DNA of 63,522 bases, filler included, from Planctomycetota bacterium (GTDB lineage Bacteria; Planctomycetota; Planctomycetia; JALXBF01), in assembly GCA_026991575.1 (NCBI GenBank). It is 4 parts of 4 records of this genome, joined end to end, with 100 filler letters (N's around TTAATTAATTAA, not from the genome) between each part and the next. Parts side by side here need not be neighbours in the genome. Positions count along the whole stretch, not along the records: positions 1 to 16,097 come from JALXBF010000117.1; 3 more parts are not named here. The stretch is one strand, 5' to 3'. Below the pieces are notes generated by a model. That model saw nothing but the letters and a program-made list of their open reading frames with translations, was not told the DNA's origin and did not search any database. Position numbers and translations under genes: made by a program. The number at the start of each line of letters is the position of its first letter. Within the stretch, counting starts at the first letter, position 1. This document shows positions 1 through 8,378 of the stretch, piece by piece.

Positions 1-690
1 TAGCAGCACGATGTGGTGCGGCGCCAGCTGCCAGCAATCAGCGAGGCGGCGCAATGCTCGGTTCACGTGACCGCCGCCGCTCTTGGCCTCCACAACCGCC
101 CAACACTCTTCCGACAGCGGAACCACGACGTCCAGCTCACACGCGTCCTCTCCGTCCGGTCCAACCACCTTCACCCGGGCCACTGGCTCGGGCAGTTGCT
201 GATTCCGGCCTCGACAAAGATGCCAGGCCACGACCAACCCGAACAGTTCCAGCCACAGTCCCGAGATGTACAGCCGGAAGGCTGGGTTACTGACAGGGGC
301 AAGAAGCCAGTGCCGTTCCCGACACACGACGGTGGTCCGTCCAATTAGCCCTGCCTCTCGAACCAATTCCAGCAGGGCATGTGTCCGTTGAACTTCCCCC
401 TTTGGGTAGGCATTCGGCCGTAGCACCACGTGTTGCCGCTTGCCAGGAGAGCGGGCGGCAAGCCGCCGCCAGGCAGCCAACACGTGCCGGAGAAACTTGT
501 TGCGGTGGTACTCAGCAGCAAGGCGGCAGGTCGCAAGCGCAATGGCCTTGTCGGTGGGCACCAATCGCCACGCTTCGGCGACGGCGAAACCGGTCTTAGC
601 CAGCCGATGCACGATCGGGTGGCCAGTGAGCGAGACGCGGGTAAGCCCGCAGGCGGCGACGTCGGTTGATTGTGTCATAAAACGGTACAT
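1..690 (-). CDS. Card1/Can2 (DUF1887 C-terminal)-like PD-(D/E)xK endonuclease domain protein, 3'-truncated at the window edge
   Basis: Hand translation gives an open minus frame from ATG 690 (or 678) off position 1. It contains 'YISGLWLELF...ELDVVV...WAVVEAKSG', matching the GxWLE / ELDV / ExKxG pattern. Absent from the ORF track because it has no stop codon. Confidence 0.65.
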   Translation of the reverse strand, partial: MYRFMTQSTDVAACGLTRVSLTGHPIVHRLAKTGFAVAEAWRLVPTDKAIALATCRLAAEYHRNKFLRHVLAAWRRLAARSPGKRQHVVLRPNAYPKGEVQRTHALLELVREAGLIGRTTVVCRERHWLLAPVSNPAFRLYISGLWLELFGLVVAWHLCRGRNQQLPEPVARVKVVGPDGEDACELDVVVPLSEECWAVVEAKSGGGHVNRALRRLADCWQLAPHHIVLL

Positions 691-964
691 CGCGTCGTTC
701 TTGACTGGAGGCCCCTCACCACGGTGGGCGCAAACACGTCCGACCTCCTTCCTATGTGTTTAGGCACAGCGGCCTCCAATCCTGACAGGCCACAGCGAGG
801 CACGTCGCTCAACGGTGCCCCAGCAGCCGGTCGGCTGCTGGCCTCTACGCCTCGGTCGCCGGCAATGGGCCGAACGGCCGGTCAGGAAAAGCATCGGACG
901 AAATGAGCTCCGATTGAGACGATCGGCGTGCCATGCTGCGATTGCACTGAATTGGCCGGAGGAT

Positions 965-1621
965 GTGCGGGTTGCGTTGTTCAACCGCCGCTCCGACGCC
1001 AACGGCCCGCGCGGGTTCGCTTCGCTTGCGTTTGCGCGATGGTCTCGCCCACGTTGGCCGGTTGGTTTCGGCTGCGTTGGCAGCTGGTTTCGCCTGCGTC
1101 AGAAGACCGTTCAACTCGCCAGCTACCGTGAACTTGCGGGAGGGGGGGCTTTACGCCCCCCTCCCGCTCTGTTGATGGGTAGCGCGGGCAACACCAGTTT
1201 TGTTTTTTTTCTCCGTTTGAAAAATCCCCCCGACGCCGCGGACCCCGTCCGCGGCGTCGGCGAGCCGACTTTGCGCACGCCACGTATCCAAAGAAACGCA
1301 ACCACCCGAGCCGCGGGCGGGATCGACCCGCCCGCGGCTCGGCGGCGACAAAATTTTTTTCGGATACGCTGGCGCTACCCATCAACCTCGCGGGAGGGGG
1401 GCATGAAGCCCCCCTCCCGCCCATCGAAGCAAGCTGGCGGGTCCACGCGGCAATTCCCCTCGGCAGGGTCTCGCGTGGGAGTCGTCCCGTGCTCCATCTC
1501 GGAGATGGATTCGCAACCCCCGCGCGGGCGAGTCCACAGGACCGCGACGCCGACCCCACGGCAGTCTCTCGGCAGGTCACCCCCGTGCGCTCCCGAGGGG
1601 TGAATCTGCTACCCCATCCGC
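965..1621. repeat. Dispersed ~400-bp repeat, copy 1, with an internal insertion
   Basis: Colinear with 7428-7830. Shared exact blocks: GACCGTTCAACTCGCCAGCTAC, ATCGAAGCAAGCTGGCGGGTCC, GATGGATTCGCAACCCCCGCGCGGGCG. Confidence 0.9.
1136..1420. mobile_element. MITE/REPIN-like palindromic element
   Basis: G/C hairpins at 1136-1167 and 1390-1420. Perfect 15-bp inverted repeat at 1171-1185/1372-1386. Internal perfect stems at 1230-1260 (14 bp) and 1306-1342 (16 bp). Confidence 0.55.
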
Positions 1622-1871
1622 ATGGGAAAGACCACCCGCGAGCCCCTGCTTCCCCAGCGATGGGAGACCGCTGGCGATCGGTTACGCCGAGCACAGCCCC
1701 CATGTTCCCCGTTGGCCCGCCAAGCACTACGGCCTCCCTCTTCTCCCGGGGACGCCGCGACAGCGTGCTGCAAACGCGATCGCCGGGTGCCCACGATCCA
1801 CCGTGCACGGGGCCGGACCGAGCCGCCATCCCCCAACACTGCCACCAACTCATCCAGGTACGGCTACTGGC

Positions 1872-2192
1872 CTAACCGCTCCAATTACCGCGACGGGTTC
1901 CCCTTCCGTGGCACTGCCTCTTCGGGCCCACCACTTCCCGTAGTGACTCGTTTCTCCGCAACTCCTGCAGGCAGTGCTCGATGCTTTGGTGTCGCAATGC
2001 CGCGGTCAGGACCAGAATCCGCCACGCCACACGCACGGGTAGATCATTTCGGCCACGACCGCGACCTTTCGCCAACGATGCCAGCAACCGCTCGTCGGGG
2101 ATGGTTTCCAGAAGCTTGCGGATCGTTCGGATCGTGGGCTGGTCCTCGAGCGTCTCCCAGGCAAACGGCCGACGCGCCGTGCTCCGGGCCAT
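1872..2192 (-). pseudogene. Truncated transposase (N-terminal DUF772-like region, IS5/IS1182-type)
   Basis: 'FAWETLEDQPTIRTIRKLLETIPDERLLASL..RGRGRNDLPV..LRHQSIEHCLQELRRN' with an AGGAGA RBS. Ends after ~106 aa with no DDE domain. Confidence 0.75.
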
Positions 2193-2533
2193 CGCGATTC
2201 TCCTGATGTCAGTGGCCTGCTGAAGGCGAGGGAGGCACCTCTGAGACAGCCTGGAGGGCAACACATGCCCGCGTCACGCCCTCCTTGGTCGAATATTCGC
2301 CCTTTTTCGTTCCCGATCCGCAAACATGGGCTGCGAACGACACTGAGCCAATCCTTCTGCGGGGAAAGTCTTCTCGGCACCGCCCCGCAGACCTGATCAG
2401 CCAACAGCTTGCGGACATCGCAACCGCCTCCCAACGAACCGCCGACCGTTGATCCCGCACCGTGGCAGCGGTATGCTGACACGGTGTGGGATGCCGGGTG
2501 GGTCCGACAGCACCGAGAGCGGACGAGTTCGGT

Positions 2534-4609
2534 ATGTCGCTGCTGCTGTTCCAGCTTGGCCGCATCGACGGCCGGATGCTTGAGGAACATCTTTTCTGCT
2601 ACGAGGGCCGAGCCTGTCGTACAAGCCTGTCTTCGCTGGCGATTGCGGAGCTCTGGCAGGAGACGGTGCGGCTCCGGCTGCTCCTCCCGATCAGTCTCCC
2701 GTTCAATCCCTCATTCACCAGCGTCCCAACTGACGCCCGATACGCTCATTTCGCGGAAGTGATCAAGGAGGTGTGGCGCGACCCGGACCGCTACTGCCGG
2801 GCCCCCACCCACGCCTTCGACGAACACCCTCACGTGCGTGCCATCACCCAGCAGAACCTGGCCCCGCCCAACGGCCCCTATGCGGTCATACCTTCGTTCG
2901 GCGCTTACCCGAACCCGGCGAGCGGGGCCGCGATCGGCTTCGATGCGCTGCCTGCGTTCATCGAGCTGTGCATGTTGACGGACATGCTTGTGACTTACCT
3001 CGAGGTGGCCCAGCAAGAACCGGTTAAGCTGCTGGCCATCGACGCGTCGTGCGGCATGAACGTTCTCGTCGGGCTGCTCTGGTCGGCCTTTCGCTATCTC
3101 GGCGCTTGTATGGGTCTGTGGCATGCGGCCAGTAGCCAGCAGCCCGAGCTTGCCGTGTTTACCGTCGAGCCGGTGCTGCCCGGCACTGCCGGCCGCTACC
3201 ACATCCATCGGGTGCCGATCAGGCCGGCGGCATTCTTTGAGTACCCGGCTCTTGCCAGGCCGCACTCCTTCTGCGATTCGGAAACGCCTATCATCCCGGC
3301 GGCCAGCGCGGTTTATCCAACCGATCGGCAGGCACAGCATCGACTGCGCAAGTTGCTGGCTTCTGGAGCCTATGCCTGGGCAGCGACTCAGTTCGGAATC
3401 CCGCTGTACCTTGCCCTCACGGCCAGGCACGAAGCCACCAAGAAACAGGTGGAAACCGAAATTGAGCACGTGTGCAGAGTGGTTGAGGACGCTGCCCGGC
3501 ATCACTTCACCCGTCCTTCCGGCCAGAACGATTGGGACAACGCCCGCGTCGGGGCCGTCCGCGACGCCATCCTCGCTCTGTGTCTGTATGGCGGGCTGCT
3601 GGAGGCACTTGACAGGGCAGCCGAACTGTTGGACTGCACGAGCATCGACGGCGTGCAAGCTGTGGAACTGCGTTCGTTGCGAAAGTTTTACCGGCATGTG
3701 TCGCGGAGGGTGACCACGGGCGCAGCGGAACTGTTCGTGCGCCGGGAGCTGGGCACTGCCATCAGGAAGGTACGCAAGGCGGCAGTAGAGGCTCCGACTG
3801 GCTGGCATCCCATCGGACGGAAAGACACGAACAGGCGCATCCACCCTCGCAACTTCCTCGCACACTGTGGCCTGGTATCCGACGTGGCACGGTACTGTCT
3901 ACAGGGCAACTCGGTCTATCTCGCACATCGGGATGATACTCACCAGAACGGGGTCGCAAGGACGCGACAGTTACTGTACAAGGGGGTGTTCCGCAAGGCA
4001 GAGCCCGTAGGGATCGGTACTCCAGGCGGGTCACACACCGATACCGTACAGCGCCACCAGCGGGAGGCTTCCGTAGCCAGGGAAGAGCAACGGCAAAGTT
4101 CGTATAGTGAGGTCGATGTACAGGTGCTACCGGACGAGGACTGGCCCCGCGTCCGCCAAACGCTAGTGGACACCTTGCGCCGGCGTGGTTTCTTCGGCGC
4201 CTGCCTGTACTGGGCCACGGTCCTTGGTGTACCTCACGGATTGACCAAGAAGGAAGAAGAGCTCGGTCGCCAGCCGCCGTCGCCCTCCTGTTCCGAATGG
4301 CAGCCCAGCTACAAGTTGGTCCGGATAATCCAAGAACTCAACGCCCTGCTACGCAGCGGCTGCGACCCCACCATGCCGGAATGGCTGACCAAGCAGTGGC
4401 TCCGCGGGCGAGTGAAGACTCCAGCGGCGAAGACCGGCGTGTGGATCGAAGTCCCTCCGCTGGCCGACTTCTTCGCCCCTAAGGACGAACTGCCGATGAA
4501 GCCACCGGACCTATGTGGCCGCATTGTACTTTTCCGTATCGCAATCATGCGGCACCCGACGGGCCCGCTTGTACTCAACGCGGCTGATGTGCAGCTTGCC
4601 CCGCAATAG
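2534..4609 (+). CDS. csx1: CRISPR-associated CARF-HEPN ribonuclease Csx1-like, with C-terminal extension
   Basis: N-terminal 'LLFQLGR', 'PISLPFN', 'HPH'; DxTHG-equivalent 'IDASCGMN' (3038-3061); HEPN R-X4-H motif 'RNFLAHCG' from 3848. Confidence 0.85.
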   Translation: MSLLLFQLGRIDGRMLEEHLFCYEGRACRTSLSSLAIAELWQETVRLRLLLPISLPFNPSFTSVPTDARYAHFAEVIKEVWRDPDRYCRAPTHAFDEHPHVRAITQQNLAPPNGPYAVIPSFGAYPNPASGAAIGFDALPAFIELCMLTDMLVTYLEVAQQEPVKLLAIDASCGMNVLVGLLWSAFRYLGACMGLWHAASSQQPELAVFTVEPVLPGTAGRYHIHRVPIRPAAFFEYPALARPHSFCDSETPIIPAASAVYPTDRQAQHRLRKLLASGAYAWAATQFGIPLYLALTARHEATKKQVETEIEHVCRVVEDAARHHFTRPSGQNDWDNARVGAVRDAILALCLYGGLLEALDRAAELLDCTSIDGVQAVELRSLRKFYRHVSRRVTTGAAELFVRRELGTAIRKVRKAAVEAPTGWHPIGRKDTNRRIHPRNFLAHCGLVSDVARYCLQGNSVYLAHRDDTHQNGVARTRQLLYKGVFRKAEPVGIGTPGGSHTDTVQRHQREASVAREEQRQSSYSEVDVQVLPDEDWPRVRQTLVDTLRRRGFFGACLYWATVLGVPHGLTKKEEELGRQPPSPSCSEWQPSYKLVRIIQELNALLRSGCDPTMPEWLTKQWLRGRVKTPAAKTGVWIEVPPLADFFAPKDELPMKPPDLCGRIVLFRIAIMRHPTGPLVLNAADVQLAPQ

Positions 4610-4807
4610 AGGCCCCATCGCATCGTTGCAAAGACCATGACCCGGGCCAATTCGTTCCTGGGGCATTGCGACTCCGCCGGCGCTTTGCACCAGCACCGTT
4701 GGCATGGTTGAGCAGAGGAGTTAGACGTCACGCTGCCCGATGCGACTTTTCTCGTACGGTCCTGGATTGGCGAGTTTACGGAACTCATCCCACGTACCGC
4801 TGAGGCG

Positions 4808-5851
4808 TTGCAGGCCGACGATCCTTCGCTGGCACGCGGGCTGCTGACAACGTGGGCACGACTGGAGCGGACAAAACCGGGCCTGGTGACCAGGGCGGCA
4901 GGGGAGGCTACCGACGGGAGCCAAAGCCTGGCAGAACGCATTGGTCGCCCGGATCTGGCTCCAGCCGAGGAGCAGCTCCGAGCCGAGATGGGGCGACTCG
5001 TTGAGGTGGCGAAGAAGTCCGTGAGCCCGAAGGCGTGGAGCGAGAAGCTCCTAACGCTCGATCAAGCGGTTGATGCCGCTGCCGAGACGCCTGAGATGTC
5101 CACCTGGCCGATCGAGCTGCTCGAAGACCTGGACGATCAACAACTACTCGACGCCTGCGCCGCGTACGCCGGTAGAGAGGAGCTCATGACTAGCGCGACG
5201 CTGCGTCTGCTCGACTCCCTGGTGCGAGAACATGCGGACCTGTTCCTGCCGGCGCGAGAGCACGTGCTGACGGTCGCCCAGACCCTGCCGGCAGAACCGA
5301 TCCACAGCGCGTTCTTGCCGTCGTACCGCAAGTTTGAGGTGCTCCTGGAGGAGATCATCGAGGCAGAACTCCATGCCTTTGGGCCGGCCGTACCGTCGTG
5401 GTTCGACACCGGTCGGCTGCTGACTGAGATCGCTGCTGTCCAGAACCTGGTCGCGCTACTGCGGGCGTACACGGCCCGGCGGCCCGTTGTCCTTGCCGCG
5501 GCCGGTGAAGCGGAACGAGAGGAGTACCGCGCCGTGCTGTGGCTCAGCCCGAACAGCCAGTACGTCGCGCAGCTCGACTGGGCAGCTCCCGAAGCAGCCC
5601 GCGGCAGAATGCCGATCCGGTTTCGCCGGGCCGAAGTGCTGCGCACGCAGGTGCTCCCAGGTGATCCGGCCACCGAACTGGCGGGCGCTCAGGTCGAGTT
5701 CGCGGGTTTGACAGCGACGATTGACGAGCAGGCGATGGCGTGGTTTTCGGTGGAGGCGTTGCCGCCGGTCGACGAAGGGCATGCCCCGCAGCTGGCCGAA
5801 CTGATCGTTCGCCACGATGGACACACCGACAAGTGGTTCCTGGCTGAGTAG
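4808..5851 (+). CDS. Hypothetical protein (start uncertain; frame open back to 4712)
   Basis: 347-aa ORF with normal composition, helical N-terminal part and beta-rich C-terminal part. No motif recognised. Confidence 0.65.
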   Translation: MQADDPSLARGLLTTWARLERTKPGLVTRAAGEATDGSQSLAERIGRPDLAPAEEQLRAEMGRLVEVAKKSVSPKAWSEKLLTLDQAVDAAAETPEMSTWPIELLEDLDDQQLLDACAAYAGREELMTSATLRLLDSLVREHADLFLPAREHVLTVAQTLPAEPIHSAFLPSYRKFEVLLEEIIEAELHAFGPAVPSWFDTGRLLTEIAAVQNLVALLRAYTARRPVVLAAAGEAEREEYRAVLWLSPNSQYVAQLDWAAPEAARGRMPIRFRRAEVLRTQVLPGDPATELAGAQVEFAGLTATIDEQAMAWFSVEALPPVDEGHAPQLAELIVRHDGHTDKWFLAE

Positions 5852-6116
5852 CGGCCGGGTAGCTGTGGAGGCAAGTCGGCCGGTCTGCCGCCTGAAACTG
5901 GGCACGGTGACAGAAACAGCTTCCAGCTTCTGCTCCCCCCTCAACCTCTTACCGACGAATCGAACCACAACGGCATGAGACCCGTCGCAGAGCACCGTCG
6001 CGCCATGCCATGCAGATCGACCGCGTCCCCGCCGATGGCCCAATGTCCGGCCCGTTTTCTCGACCGCGGCATCTACTCTGCTGCGCCTCTTTCAGCAAGG
6101 AATCCCTCAAGTCTTC

Positions 6117-6144
6117 CTCCGTGTTCTCTGTGTCTCCGTGGTGC
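6117..6144. repeat. Short CTCYGTG periodic intergenic repeat, copy 1
   Basis: CTCCGTGTTCTCTGTGTCTCCGTGGTGC; near-identical copy at 8262-8284. Confidence 0.7.
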
Positions 6145-6311
6145 AGCTCTATCGAAAAGGACTGCTCGGCTCGAAGAACCGCAGACAAGTCAAGTCGCGT
6201 CCCGTGTTCGTAATCGCTTGCCGCGCGCGTGCGACGTTTGGTACACTGGCGACAGTCGTAAAGTGTGACTCTGCGTAGGGGAGAATCAACACCACACACC
6301 TGGAGGTTGTC

Positions 6312-6800
6312 ATGAGTGTTCTCGGTCGAACGCTGGGTTGTGCTCTGGTTGGGTTCGCGCTCTGTCTGTGCGTTGCGGACCGTGCCCAGGCACAGATCTT
6401 CTTCCCGCGGTCCGGCAGCCCGACAGCGGTCCGCGGCTACACGCGGCCTAACATCTTTGGTGGACAGGACATCTTCGCAAACGGCCGGATGATTGGTTAC
6501 ACGCGCAAGAACATTTTCGGTGGTGTCGACTTCATTCCGACTGCGCCAGGAGTGCAGCGGTTCTCGACCCAAGCAAACATCTTTGGCGGCCAGAACATCT
6601 TCGGGTCGTCTGGAATGATTGGCTACACATCGAAGAACATCTTCGGCGGCTACAACTTCGTGCCGACCCGGCCCAGTGTGCCGAGCTTCTCGACGCAACC
6701 GAACATTTTCGGTGGGCAGAACTTCTTCGGCGGTGTCAGAGGATCGGCCCGGCGGAACATCTTTGGTGGCCAGGATTTCTGGCTCAGGCTCTCGCCGTAG
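6312..6800 (+). CDS. Secreted NIFGG-repeat protein
   Basis: GGAGG RBS, signal peptide ending in AQA, six NIFGG motifs. Confidence 0.85.
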   Translation: MSVLGRTLGCALVGFALCLCVADRAQAQIFFPRSGSPTAVRGYTRPNIFGGQDIFANGRMIGYTRKNIFGGVDFIPTAPGVQRFSTQANIFGGQNIFGSSGMIGYTSKNIFGGYNFVPTRPSVPSFSTQPNIFGGQNFFGGVRGSARRNIFGGQDFWLRLSP

Positions 6801-7427
6801 CGGATGCGTTGCGGCCTTTGCATCGGGCGCGTCCGAACACGCTGCCGGCTGAGGTCTCCCCCTGCTGGATCTTGCGCACTGGGCACCGGAACCGGTCCAG
6901 CCGACGGGCCAAGCGGAACTGGGTTCGATCCAGGCCGTCGGACGTGTACGGCATCCGCCCATGACCCCAGTCGTATTCGTTGCCGGATGTGTCAGCTAGC
7001 CCTTCGGCCCACGCTGCCGGTAGGGCGTTCCCTGTGCGTGTCCGCCACATGGCGGCGCAGACGCCTGGCCTCCCAGTGCAGCATTCCCCGGACTCGCCCC
7101 TGACAGCCTGATAGAGAACCGCTTCCCTGAACGGGCCGGTGAAGGGCTTTCCGTCGCTCACGTGCAAGGTCGACTGGATGGCGGGGCGGATCGTGAGGTT
7201 TTCTTTGCGGCGGTGCCGCGGACGCTATTCAGTGAACCTCCGAGATGGGGGGGGGTAGCCCCGCTGCTGGTTTGAAGTCGGTTGCCCGATCGGGTTGGCT
7301 TCTGCTTCACACCCACCAGCACCGCGCTGGGACCCAACCCACCGATGGCACGACGGGGGTACCGAACGACTGGCCCGGCTCCCGAGGTGTCCTGCACATG
7401 CGGAAGCGCACGCACGAGCTGCGAGGC

Positions 7428-7830
7428 CTGTGGATTGCATCCTTCAACCGCCCCTCCGACGCGAACGCCTCCGCTCGGGTTCGCGTCGCCTGCGCGCGGG
7501 CGAGTGTCTCACCCGCGTTGGCGGGTTGGCTTCGACTGCGTTGGGAGTTAGTCACGCCAGCGTCGGCGGACCGTTCAACTCGCCAGCTACGAGAACTCGC
7601 GGGAGGGGGGCTTCACGCCCCCCGCCCGCCTATCGAAGCAAGCTGGCGGGTCCGTGCGGCAATCCCCCTCGCCAGGGTCTCGGGTGAGAGGCGTCCCGTG
7701 CTCCCTCTCGCAGATGGATTCGCAACCCCCGCGCGGGCGGGTGGACGGAGCCGGGGCGCCGACCACACGACGGTCTCTCGGCATCTCGCCGCCGTGCGCT
7801 CCCGCAGCGTGAGGCTGCCACCCCATCCGC
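7428..7830. repeat. Dispersed ~400-bp repeat, copy 2 (single central hairpin 7599-7629)
   Basis: Direct-orientation homologue of 965-1621 lacking the insert. Confidence 0.9.
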
Positions 7831-8261
7831 TTGGCACACACCGTGCCGCGAGCCCCTCCGGGTCGCAACCGACCTCTTCACGACCGCTTGCGTCGTAATG
7901 GCCAATCGAACCGGAGTGGGATTGAACGGCAGCGGGCAGGCTAACCTTCTTCCGTGGCGGATGTCGCAACGCGCAGCGGAGCTGGGAAAGAATTCACGCT
8001 GGCGGGAGAAGATTGGGATCGGAATGACACAGATAGGCTACGGAGCTCCGTGGCGCCGGCTGGGGCACTGTCTTGGCGCCGCCCGTCAGTCACAGTTGGG
8101 GCTCACGCAGGCGCGGTCGATCTGCCGAGTGTGCGCTTCGGGGACTGAATTGGCGAAGCCGACGGGCTGATCCACCCCCCCTGTCGACGACTCGATCCCC
8201 GCCTCATTAGCCCACGCGCGCAGAGCCCCAGTCCAAGAAGAGAGGAAGGAACTCAGCGTGT

Positions 8262-8284
8262 TGTTCTCTGTGTCTCTGTGGTGC
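8262..8284. repeat. Short CTCYGTG periodic repeat, copy 2
   Basis: TGTTCTCTGTGTCTCTGTGGTGC, one mismatch to 6122-6144. Confidence 0.7.
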
Positions 8285-8378
8285 GGTTCTGTCCGGGGCG
8301 AGCGGACACATGTTGGCCTCGTCCGGGAGCGGAACCGCCCCCCCCTGCCTACGCCGGACAGCAAGACGGTTGTCTGGC

